The translations under genes and the position numbers were made by a program. A stretch of 64,000 nucleotides of DNA, taken from IMG/VR virus record IMGVR_UViG_3300042275_000327, positions 32,001 to 96,000 of that record. The stretch is one strand, 5' to 3'. The notes beneath the pieces are model-generated. The model made no database searches and had not been told where the DNA came from. It was given only the letters and a program-made list of their open reading frames with translations. This stretch comes from a virus. Its lineage: Duplodnaviria; Caudoviricetes. Of this stretch, positions 20,601 to 29,374 are shown one piece after another. Position 1 is the stretch's first letter; the number at the start of each line of letters is the position of its first letter.

Positions 20601-21380
20601 TCAAGAAAAAGTTGTTTCTTCATTTATATGATCTATCACACCAGAAAGAAGTGTATCATAGTCATCCCAGTCATGAATCTCTAAATCTTTTGACATAGCA
20701 AAAGAAGCAAGAATAGTTTTTGGAATCCAGAATTTCTCATCATCTGTTTTAATCAAATATGTATCTAAAGAAAAATTCAATCCTATCGTTCTGATCTTAT
20801 TCTGCTGTAACCAATCATCTTCACTGTATGTAGGACTATAATCTATAGAATTAAATGTAACATTTCCATAGTTTTCATAAATATTATCTCCAATCTGGAA
20901 CTTTGGTTTAATAAGAGTTTCCATCGCAGCTTGCCATTGTAATTCAGAAAAAGCAAATTGTATATCCATCTCTTCAGTGGAAAAATATGTTCCTTCATAG
21001 GAGATCCTTAAAGGAGACAATTTTATCTTCTTTTTAGATACCCAATCCATAATCCCTAGTCTTTCTAATTGATTGTTGTTGAGAGTCCTTTCAGTTGAAG
21101 AATCTTTTCCACTTGATGAGACAGCATAATTCATGAATGGCATATTGAGTGTATTAATTTGAAAACTAGAAACATCTGGATTTTTACTAGACTGCAACTT
21201 CAATCTTCTTCTAAAAGCATGTTCATTTGATGAATATATGATTCTATTTGGATCATTTGGAAACAGAAAAGATTGCAGATATTGATTTATTGCAATAGTA
21301 GAAGACAGATATACATTATAGAAATTAGATGTGTCATAATAAGATCGATTAAAGACAATCCTTTCTTTCTCTATGTTCAA
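20601..21380 (-). CDS. Tail terminator / sheath stabiliser (gp15-like)
   Basis: Directly upstream of sheath; LNMPFMNY...PLRISYE pattern. Confidence 0.55.
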   Translation of the reverse strand: MNIEKERIVFNRSYYDTSNFYNVYLSSTIAINQYLQSFLFPNDPNRIIYSSNEHAFRRRLKLQSSKNPDVSSFQINTLNMPFMNYAVSSSGKDSSTERTLNNNQLERLGIMDWVSKKKIKLSPLRISYEGTYFSTEEMDIQFAFSELQWQAAMETLIKPKFQIGDNIYENYGNVTFNSIDYSPTYSEDDWLQQNKIRTIGLNFSLDTYLIKTDDEKFWIPKTILASFAMSKDLEIHDWDDYDTLLSGVIDHINEETTFS

Positions 21381-21865
21381 AATATTACTCCAATTCTTAA
21401 TCCAATTGCAAGAGGATTTCCTGATAAAATAGTAGAAACTTGTATTTTTTCTAAAAGAACAATCCCAACATCTACTGAGAAAGTATAATTTGTTAGACCT
21501 GAGATCCCAACAGAAGGAGAAACAAATTTTGGTTTTGACTTCTTAGAAAGTAAATCAGATAAATCATCTCTATCTTTTATAGCATCTTTATAGAGATCAT
21601 CTAGATCAGACTTTTCTTGTTTTACTTTTGTATAATTAGATTTAAGATCATCAACAACATTCAATAGATCCTCATGATCAAATCTTTCTTCTAAGTAGAG
21701 CTTTGACATCTCAAGGAAAGCTTCTAATTCTGTATATCCTTCTGGAATTTCTACAATCCGAGGTCCTCTAGATGTTTCTATCTCATAACTAGAAGCAAAT
21801 AGATTGCTAACAGTAAGAAGAAAAATGAAACTAAAGACCAGGAAAAAATTTCTTAGCTTTTTCAT
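21377..21865 (-). CDS. Exported protein with signal peptide and coiled coil (possible spanin-like)
   Basis: N-terminal signal sequence, central coiled coil, C-terminal amphipathic beta strands ending in F. Confidence 0.5.
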   Translation of the reverse strand: MKKLRNFFLVFSFIFLLTVSNLFASSYEIETSRGPRIVEIPEGYTELEAFLEMSKLYLEERFDHEDLLNVVDDLKSNYTKVKQEKSDLDDLYKDAIKDRDDLSDLLSKKSKPKFVSPSVGISGLTNYTFSVDVGIVLLEKIQVSTILSGNPLAIGLRIGVIF

Positions 21866-22109
21866 CTCTATCCTCTTTTTTATCTAGATTATCATTTTTT
21901 ACTTCATCAATATCATCTATAATGTCATCTAATTCTTGTTCATCATTTTTTAAATCTTTTTCTTTGTCTTTAATATTCTTATCAGTTTTCTTTATCTCTT
22001 CTTTCTTCTTTTTCACAAGATCACTTAGATCAGAAGTGTCTCTCCTAAAAAGAACTGACAATAAGAACAACCCAATTGGAATCAGTATGTACCATATAAA
22101 TTTTTTCAT
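21831..22109 (-). CDS. Membrane-anchored coiled-coil protein (possible inner-membrane spanin-like)
   Basis: N-terminal TM helix then charged coiled coil; overlaps next gene. Confidence 0.5.
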   Translation of the reverse strand: MKKFIWYILIPIGLFLLSVLFRRDTSDLSDLVKKKKEEIKKTDKNIKDKEKDLKNDEQELDDIIDDIDEVKNDNLDKKEDRDEKAKKFFPGL

Positions 22110-22513
22110 TCCTCTTTTCCTCTTTCTTTGATATCTGTGATATCTTGTTTAAGATTGTCCATCTGTTGTTTTAGATCTTCTTTCTCTTCTGAAGAAGCAT
22201 CTAGCATTCTTCTTTTTAGATCTATCATATCATACTCTAAGTCTAAAATTGTTCTTTGATCATCTGTAGAGAGAGCTTCCATATACCTTTTAATCTGAAC
22301 ATTACAAGAATCCACATTATCAAATAAATATCCATAATAATCATCTACTATATTATAGAATACTTTTGCATTTGAAAATCTAATTGAAGTAATTCTTCCA
22401 GTAAAAAGTTCCTTTTCTATTTCATATTTCTCACAGTGAGAGCTCATAGGATAGAACTCTACTATATCATTAATATCATAAAGTGAAAAGTATTCTTTCT
22501 CAAATATTCTCAT
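22106..22513 (-). CDS. Hypothetical protein
   Basis: ATGA-coupled on both sides. Confidence 0.65.
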   Translation of the reverse strand: MRIFEKEYFSLYDINDIVEFYPMSSHCEKYEIEKELFTGRITSIRFSNAKVFYNIVDDYYGYLFDNVDSCNVQIKRYMEALSTDDQRTILDLEYDMIDLKRRMLDASSEEKEDLKQQMDNLKQDITDIKERGKEE

Positions 22514-23478
22514 AATAAATCCTTGTCTTTCATTCTCTTTTGAACCATACTTGCCATGTTGTTATAGAAAAATTTTATTTGCATTATGATTCCATAGAGA
22601 TGTTTATCTAAAAAATATGGATCAGAACCATGAAGATCTGAAGAATTCCAAAACTTTGGAGCTATATCAGTTGGAAATAAACTAGCATCTATCTGAGATA
22701 AGAAAAAATTCATACCTTGCCAATGTAGGGAAGGAGAAGTACTGAATACTTGAACATTAGCAACTTCAAGAACATCTTTGATTTCTCTCCAAGTAATCTT
22801 TTTTGTTTCTAAATAGTTAGGTCTAGTCTCTTTCAGCCATTCCATAAAATCAAGAATCTTAATGTAGACTATGTATTTCTTATCTAAATTCTTTTCTATC
22901 TCAAAATTGTTCTCTGGATTCACTTGTCCAAACTCATAGTCATCTGGATAAATTGGAGTTGTGGCTGTAGTCTCAAAGATAAATAGAACAGATCCATCAT
23001 TATTTAATTCACAATCTTTTATCTTTGCTGTGTAGTTCTCCGCTTTAACTGCAGAGTTTCTTTGTTTACGAGTTCTTTTAGTAAAGTTTGATATAGCATC
23101 TTTTGTCATAAGACCAGATAGAGTTATCCACTCTTTCAGAACTTTAGATTCTCTTACTTGTTGATTCTTAGAATTCCCATAAATGCCAGAGATATCTATA
23201 GAGATAATGAACAGATCTTGAGTCTGTCCATTGTATTCTTCTAGTGGAATCAAAGGAGAAAATAGAAGTTCTTCTGTATGTGGAAATAGTCTTACAGAAA
23301 ATAGATTGAAGTTTTTCAGAACTCTTTGAGTAGTAAGAGGAATATTAGATCTTCTGGAATCATAAAATACAGCAATTGTTCTCTGAGAAAGTCCAAGTAC
23401 TCTTATAAAAGAGACATACTTCAAATGAGACAATCCAAGATTTTGTTTTAATTTGACTCCAGAAGTTTCTTTTTTCAT
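22510..23478 (-). CDS. Phage protein with degenerate SWIM-like C-terminus
   Basis: VQVFSTSPSLHWQG...FLDKHL. Confidence 0.55.
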   Translation of the reverse strand: MKKETSGVKLKQNLGLSHLKYVSFIRVLGLSQRTIAVFYDSRRSNIPLTTQRVLKNFNLFSVRLFPHTEELLFSPLIPLEEYNGQTQDLFIISIDISGIYGNSKNQQVRESKVLKEWITLSGLMTKDAISNFTKRTRKQRNSAVKAENYTAKIKDCELNNDGSVLFIFETTATTPIYPDDYEFGQVNPENNFEIEKNLDKKYIVYIKILDFMEWLKETRPNYLETKKITWREIKDVLEVANVQVFSTSPSLHWQGMNFFLSQIDASLFPTDIAPKFWNSSDLHGSDPYFLDKHLYGIIMQIKFFYNNMASMVQKRMKDKDLL

Positions 23479-23487
23479 TTAGCTATC

Positions 23488-25650
23488 CTATAGTACTTCT
23501 ACTGGTGTTTGACTCACTAATACACCATTGGTTATTGTTGATGTTAGTGTATAGAATTTTCCATTAGAAGTATCAGCTATTACTTGGTCATTGTTCAGCA
23601 CATTCACTTCCATCTCCGGTGCCAGTGGTTCGCTTCTTGACAGCTCCACGTAGAACACCTCATTTTCAACTGCACCAGTAACCGTCAACGTAGTTCCTAC
23701 AAGCGTATAGCCTGTGCTCGGTACTTCGTAGGGTTCAAGGTTCTCGTCATAGCCAGTGAGCTTGTCAATCGTGCCTGTGTATGGAAGAATGATTTGAGAG
23801 CTTGCGTTGGTCTGGTGCGAGCCTTCGTAGTAGGGTTCGTAGTAGACCGTGCCATTAGGCTTGGCTTGGAGGATGCCAGAGGTGGTGAGGGGGGTGATGA
23901 TGGGGGTGGCGAGTTGGTAGTAAATTACTGTTCCGGCAAGGGAGGCTCGGGCTTCTGCAATGGTGGCGTAGGTGCCTTTGGCTACAGGAAAATAGAGTCG
24001 TTGTTGGGCAGAAGCCCCTCTTTTCCCAATTCCTCCTCTATGTTCAATCTTATCAAGACCCGTCACATCCTCATAACCTAGTACTTCTGGCCCATATGGA
24101 CTAAAAATTACTCCTTGTACAGTAATTTCCCATAACAATTGGTCTATATCAAACACTCTCGTATACCACCAATTATTGTTTACACCAGTCGTATTATTTA
24201 CCCCTGCTATATCACTCTCCTGCAACACATACCTCTGCACATTCTGCACCTTCACCAACTGCCCATTCACAACTTTGACTTCATCAGATATTGCCGGAAC
24301 ACTCCGCAATTCCTCATTGTCTGAGAGGTAGAGAGTGGAGTCGGTGTAGGGTTCGTAGGGAGTGGCGGTGGAGCCGAGTTCGAGTTGGATGTTTGTGTAG
24401 TCGATGGTTACGGAGTTATCTACATCCCAAGATGTGTGCAAAATCACCCATATGACTCCAGAGTCAGGGGCTGTAAAAGTTACTGATTTTGAGCCTGTGC
24501 CGGAGTTTGAGCCAAGTTGTGCAAATGCACCAACAACTTCAGAAGATGTAAGCAGACCGTCAGCAACAGCCGTGAATGCAGGGGTGGATGATGTACCAGA
24601 AATCAGTGTTGCCATCCTTGTAAGTGTGTACAATGCGCCTGCTACAACGGAAACCTTGAAGCCGACTCTGGCGTAAGTTCCACTTGCGTTTGTTATTCTC
24701 ATGCCATCAGAAATTATAGTTTTTGTGCATGACCCCCTGTTTGCAAGAATCGGTAAGGTAGTATCAAACAAGTTCCTCCCCACACTCCTCAACCTCGCCG
24801 GCAACTGAATCGACTTCGTGCCATCGAAGTAATTAGAGAATAGTTTTGCACAGTCGGCTTCGGAGGGTTCGTTGCCGGAGCCGTAGATGGATGTGAGGTT
24901 TATGATATTGTAACCATCAACATAATACTCTAACGTATCTGCTATAACAGAAAAGCAGACAGTTAAAGCATCATTATTTGGAGCAGTGTAAACAATCTTA
25001 AATTCTAACCATGTATTAGTATCGCAAGTTGACAAATCTATCCTGTTTGTGGCAATTGCTGTTGTACCAGAATATAACCCGAAGTAATGAGTCTCAGCAG
25101 TGTTTGCGGTTATTCTCATCCATGCGCTAATATAATATGTATGACCAGAGATAACACTTCCAACTCCAAAACCACCACGAGTTGCTCCACTTGGATGTTT
25201 AGACAATTTCATGGAATAATCGCCATATAAGGAATACTCACTAGACCGTGTTAAAGTAGGTGTGTACCAACCAAGATTACTAAAGTAAGGATTGCCACTA
25301 GTGTAATCTTGCGCAAAATCCCCATTCTCCACCAAGTTCGTCGCCGTCCTCCCCTCAATCGTAGGATTCGCCCTGCCTGTCGCTCGTGCGTCTAGGGGAA
25401 CGATTCCAACATCCGAGAAGTCCAAGGTAGCACCGTTGCCCTGCTGTAACGTCTGCTTGACAGATGCAAGGTCTTGCCCTTGTTGAACTATCGCTGTTTC
25501 TGTCTTATCTATTCTAGTTTCAACAGGAGCTAAAAAGTCTTCTCTTGTCTGATAGACATATCCACCATCTTGCTCAATAGAGACAATATCAGTATTCTGA
25601 GCTTCTGTGATTTCTGGTTGATCTGAATATAAAATTGTGTTTACTGCCAT
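23488..25650 (-). CDS. Mosaic receptor-binding / fibre protein with carbohydrate-binding-like modules
   Basis: TNLVENGDF, VGRNLFD, IQLELGSTATPYEPY, YYQLATP motifs typical of phage RBPs; GC-rich mosaic DNA. Confidence 0.75.
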   Translation of the reverse strand: MAVNTILYSDQPEITEAQNTDIVSIEQDGGYVYQTREDFLAPVETRIDKTETAIVQQGQDLASVKQTLQQGNGATLDFSDVGIVPLDARATGRANPTIEGRTATNLVENGDFAQDYTSGNPYFSNLGWYTPTLTRSSEYSLYGDYSMKLSKHPSGATRGGFGVGSVISGHTYYISAWMRITANTAETHYFGLYSGTTAIATNRIDLSTCDTNTWLEFKIVYTAPNNDALTVCFSVIADTLEYYVDGYNIINLTSIYGSGNEPSEADCAKLFSNYFDGTKSIQLPARLRSVGRNLFDTTLPILANRGSCTKTIISDGMRITNASGTYARVGFKVSVVAGALYTLTRMATLISGTSSTPAFTAVADGLLTSSEVVGAFAQLGSNSGTGSKSVTFTAPDSGVIWVILHTSWDVDNSVTIDYTNIQLELGSTATPYEPYTDSTLYLSDNEELRSVPAISDEVKVVNGQLVKVQNVQRYVLQESDIAGVNNTTGVNNNWWYTRVFDIDQLLWEITVQGVIFSPYGPEVLGYEDVTGLDKIEHRGGIGKRGASAQQRLYFPVAKGTYATIAEARASLAGTVIYYQLATPIITPLTTSGILQAKPNGTVYYEPYYEGSHQTNASSQIILPYTGTIDKLTGYDENLEPYEVPSTGYTLVGTTLTVTGAVENEVFYVELSRSEPLAPEMEVNVLNNDQVIADTSNGKFYTLTSTITNGVLVSQTPVEVL

Positions 25651-25656
25651 GTTAGG

Positions 25657-26640
25657 TTACACTCCATAAGTAAAATCATAAATTGGATTATAGAAGAAAG
25701 TATTTTCAAAATCTTTTCCTATATAAATAGTTATAGGATCGCTAAATTCTATCTGAGTTCCAAATGATAAAATATCTGTTCCAGAGACAACTCCAAATAC
25801 AAACTGATCTCCTCCACTTTCATATCCAAAAACATCTCCTTCATCTGTCTGGAGAATATATGTTTCTAAATCAAAGACAACAGAACACTCTCCTGTAATA
25901 AGATTCATAGCAACAGAAAACTCAGTCTCTGAACCAGAATAATCAGAAGATTCTTCCCTTGTTCCCTGAGGTGTTACTAGCTTAGCATACATCTTTAGAT
26001 CTTTATAATAGAGAACCAAATAGTTTTCTGAATCTTGATATAGAACAAAAAATGGAAGAGAAACTCCAGAAGGCTGATATCCATCAAGTACAATCTTTCC
26101 ACTAGCTGTAGCAAAATCTGAAATTGGATACTCTTCAGAGAAAGAGACAGTTTTCTTTTCTAAAGCTTCTTCTGATGAATCTTCCACAAAAGAATCTGTG
26201 TTAGGTACTAATCCCCAAGGAGAAATTAGAAAAGCATCATAGGCTGTCCAATCATCTTTTTCAAATATGACTGTGCTAGAATCATGAGAAAAAACTGCAG
26301 TTGTAGTATCATCTATTGTCTCAAAAATTGCTTCTCTGAATTCTGTTGTAAAGACAAATAACTTCAACTTATTTCCTACACCTGTAAATCCATAGGAAGC
26401 TTCTATCATAGACTTCACAGTAAAATGAACTGCTCGTTTAGAATATACAGATTTTCCACCTGTGATCTGATAGCCAGAATATGACTGTGGAATAGAATTC
26501 AGAGGAGTTGAGTATTTCAGGATTTTTTCCACTGAAGATACAGGAATCTTTTTCAGAAGTAAACCCTCTTCTGTTATAAAGTAATCTGTATCTTTTAGAT
26601 ATCCTGTTTCTGTTAATGAATCTACATGTCTATTTTTCAT
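25657..26640 (-). CDS. Fibre-associated virion protein
   Basis: N-terminal anchor shared with neighbours; C-terminus similar to 30792-31817 and 32163-33452. Confidence 0.55.
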   Translation of the reverse strand: MKNRHVDSLTETGYLKDTDYFITEEGLLLKKIPVSSVEKILKYSTPLNSIPQSYSGYQITGGKSVYSKRAVHFTVKSMIEASYGFTGVGNKLKLFVFTTEFREAIFETIDDTTTAVFSHDSSTVIFEKDDWTAYDAFLISPWGLVPNTDSFVEDSSEEALEKKTVSFSEEYPISDFATASGKIVLDGYQPSGVSLPFFVLYQDSENYLVLYYKDLKMYAKLVTPQGTREESSDYSGSETEFSVAMNLITGECSVVFDLETYILQTDEGDVFGYESGGDQFVFGVVSGTDILSFGTQIEFSDPITIYIGKDFENTFFYNPIYDFTYGV

Positions 26641-26650
26641 ACGTCTCTCT

Positions 26651-26899
26651 TTAAAAAATTAATACTGCTAATCCAATTCCCAACACATCTACAACCAAAT
26701 CAGCAACGGACAATTTACCATCTGTCAGCTTGTCCCATATCTCTTTTGTAACTCCCACAAGGATGCCAACAGCAATTGCCCCATTTATATCCCACTTGTC
26801 TGCCAGTGTGTACACCAAAGCGTAAGTGATGGCAAAATGCGCTACTTTGTCGATGTGCTTTACCAACGTGTTCTCAATGAATTTTATTAAGTGTTTCAT
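26651..26899 (-). CDS. Small membrane protein, VanZ/YfiM-like
   Basis: DKVAHF...GVTKEIWD...DLVVDVLG; likely start MKHLIK at 26899 with GAGG RBS. Confidence 0.65.
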   Translation of the reverse strand: MKHLIKFIENTLVKHIDKVAHFAITYALVYTLADKWDINGAIAVGILVGVTKEIWDKLTDGKLSVADLVVDVLGIGLAVLIF

Positions 26900-27237
26900 A
26901 CCTCGCCTCTCACAATCTCTTCCCATTCCATCCTCTGTGCAAGCAACTCTTTTCTGGATTCAAGTTTCTCCTTGTACTCCTCAGAGTCTGTTCCATATAC
27001 AAGAGCGTATCGGTTGAGTTGCACCTCTACCCAATCAGTATCATTGAGGTTTTTCTGTGCCTGCTTTGCCATTTCCTTCTTATGCAATTCATCAAAAGAC
27101 TCATTGCCATATGTGCGATAATAATCACACTCATATTGCATACCATCTTCTGTTTTATGCTCAATAAAATTGCCCCGAACTTCACGGACATTCCCAAATT
27201 TAAACTCTGTTTCTTTTGTATCAACAAACATTTTCAT
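26896..27237 (-). CDS. Tail fibre assembly chaperone-like protein
   Basis: Likely start MKMFVD at 27237 after AGGAG; LNDTDW motif; follows fibre gene. Confidence 0.6.
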   Translation of the reverse strand: MKMFVDTKETEFKFGNVREVRGNFIEHKTEDGMQYECDYYRTYGNESFDELHKKEMAKQAQKNLNDTDWVEVQLNRYALVYGTDSEEYKEKLESRKELLAQRMEWEEIVRGEV

Positions 27238-27319
27238 TTTATTATCTCCTATTAACTCCACCGGAGTGCAAAATCGCTTGCAAGCAAACACCCTGAAAAA
27301 ATTTTCAAAAAACGACAGG

Positions 27320-27340
27320 GCAGGGGTTGCGCACCCCTGC
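27320..27340 (-). other. GC-rich hairpin just downstream of DGR-like variable region
   Basis: 8-bp perfect stem GCAGGGGT-GCGCA-ACCCCTGC, 9 nt after the stop codon. Confidence 0.75.
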
Positions 27341-27349
27341 ACCCCCGAA

Positions 27350-29344
27350 CTAACCGATAAGGCGGGACCCGACGCTGTGGACGGAGTTCCCCGGCGCATG
27401 GTAACCATGGCAGCAGAAGAGGGAAACAATGACACCCTTGCTCCAGTCGCCACCGGAGAGCAAAATGCGCACACCGTCGTAAGTGGCAGTGAAGTTGTAC
27501 ACATATGCTGCGTAGAACGTTCCAGAGCCTGCTCCTCCTCCTATCACTATTACATAGTCAACAGAGCCTTGGTCGGTCACGAATGGCTTACGTGTAAGCT
27601 GATAGCCATTGCCATCAAAATACTCTCCATCTCCTGTGTATATCCATCCTGCATCAGAGCGTGGGTCAGAGACGTTATATTTGCTCTGGTCAAAGCAAAC
27701 ATAATAGGCACCGTTATATCGGGCAAATCCGTAAGTGAATGACCATACATTCCCCCAGAGGTCCCACATACCACGATATGATACGTGTGAGCGTGCCTCA
27801 CTTCCGAATTGCAGGATGTAACCTGAGCCACCTCCCAGAGCGTCAATCTGGGATGATGGAACCGGTTGTCCCCAACTTACAATTGAGGTTGTGCCGGCTG
27901 TAGAATCGAAAGCCGCTCCATCAACGGTGATTCTCTTGTTTGATGCGTTATAATCGGTGATAGATGTGATTTTGCGGTTTGCTGCAACGCTGTTGTTTGA
28001 ATATGCAGTTCCAATCTGCATGACCATGCCAACATACATGTTGGTCGCTCCTGCATTCGGAATGATGACGCTGGTTGCACCAGTCTGGCTGACCGAACAT
28101 ACAAATTCGCTACCGCTACCATATGGCATACCGGAGTTGATTCCCTGCCCGAATTTTGCTTTCTGGTCCCAGTCTCCAGCTTCCACTGCCATCAGCAATC
28201 CCAGCTTGTGGTGGGTAGCCGAATCATCGAGCCACCATCCACCATCACCCTTTGCATATGCAGTGGTGATGAAAGAGGTGTAGGTACGGTTTACTTCGAC
28301 ACCCATATCCGGCTTTGAGCGCAACTCTGTATCGTATCCAGCAGGAACACGACCAACAAGACGATACTCAACAGGATTGCCATCCTTATCCAACCATGCT
28401 GGGTAAAATCCAACTACAGGCTGTGTGGCTATACGAATATGACGGACGTTGTCAACATCGATATAATCTTGGAACCAAAATTGCGGAATGAGTGTCATAT
28501 ACTCACCGTCTACGGAAGAGTAATTACTATCTCCAAGTTCTGCCAAAATGTTCTTATTGCTATCCACCTTTACCTGTCTAATACCTTTCCACGGATAGTA
28601 GTTGTCAAAGTCTGATGCAATTGCGTTCACTCCATCAGGAGTCCCAAAATTCAGTCCTACAGCCATGTCAGTACGTGTGTATGTGTCTGTATCATTGTCC
28701 CATTCCAAACCAAATATTTGCAGTGATTGGGTTTCTAAACGTGACACCCTTGTATCAATCGGGTCAACTGCATCCTTGACGCTCTTGGCTACTGAGCCTT
28801 CGGTGGTGTCGTCGGCTTCGAGGGTAGTAATATCAGATTCTAAGCTATTGATATCACCTTCTGCAGTTGACAATCTTGTCTCATGACCAGCAATTTCATC
28901 TGCATTTCCCTTTACAGTTTCTGTAATTCTTCCTGCTCCAGCTAAATCATTGAAAGCAGTAGAGTCATTATAGACCCCACCAGATAACCAATCAGAAGTT
29001 GTAGTATCCCAAAAATACCAATTTCCATCAGCTTCAACAACATAAGTGAATGAATGGTCTGGATCAGCTGTCTGTAGATCTACTAAAGTATCATAAACAC
29101 CTCTTGGACCACCTACAGATAAAGCATCCACTTGATCCTGTAAAGTCCCAGCATGATCATTTACTTCTTTTAATGTTGTACCATCCCAAGTCTCTCCAAC
29201 AATGGGCTTCTTCAGATCTTCATAAGAAATCTTCTTCATATCAAGGAGTTCTTCTCCTTGTTGTATTCCTAACAAGTCTGTATTCTGGGGATCGGTGGCA
29301 GTCCTTGGTATAGCTGCAAATCCTTTTGGTGTTAATTCTGACAT
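27350..29344 (-). CDS. Fibre protein with C-terminal C-type-lectin/FGE fold and DGR-type variable region
   Basis: YRGMWDLWGNVW and terminal SGGDWSKG...VGSRL; AT-rich N-terminal part, GC-rich remainder. Confidence 0.8.
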   Translation of the reverse strand: MSELTPKGFAAIPRTATDPQNTDLLGIQQGEELLDMKKISYEDLKKPIVGETWDGTTLKEVNDHAGTLQDQVDALSVGGPRGVYDTLVDLQTADPDHSFTYVVEADGNWYFWDTTTSDWLSGGVYNDSTAFNDLAGAGRITETVKGNADEIAGHETRLSTAEGDINSLESDITTLEADDTTEGSVAKSVKDAVDPIDTRVSRLETQSLQIFGLEWDNDTDTYTRTDMAVGLNFGTPDGVNAIASDFDNYYPWKGIRQVKVDSNKNILAELGDSNYSSVDGEYMTLIPQFWFQDYIDVDNVRHIRIATQPVVGFYPAWLDKDGNPVEYRLVGRVPAGYDTELRSKPDMGVEVNRTYTSFITTAYAKGDGGWWLDDSATHHKLGLLMAVEAGDWDQKAKFGQGINSGMPYGSGSEFVCSVSQTGATSVIIPNAGATNMYVGMVMQIGTAYSNNSVAANRKITSITDYNASNKRITVDGAAFDSTAGTTSIVSWGQPVPSSQIDALGGGSGYILQFGSEARSHVSYRGMWDLWGNVWSFTYGFARYNGAYYVCFDQSKYNVSDPRSDAGWIYTGDGEYFDGNGYQLTRKPFVTDQGSVDYVIVIGGGAGSGTFYAAYVYNFTATYDGVRILLSGGDWSKGVIVSLFCCHGYHAPGNSVHSVGSRLIG

Positions 29345-29357
29345 AATTTTATCTCCA

Positions 29358-29370
29358 TAATAAAATAGTT
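29358..29370 (-). promoter_or_regulatory. Late promoter motif copy
   Basis: Minus strand AACTATTTTATTA. Confidence 0.65.
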
Positions 29371-29374
29371 CTTT

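Noticed and set aside
27238-27504. N-terminal 89 aa of the 26896-27504 ORF, or this region as a DGR template repeat
   Set aside because: It overlaps the variable region and hairpin in another frame, and a strong RBS supports the start at 27237; no adenine-rich duplicate of the VR is present
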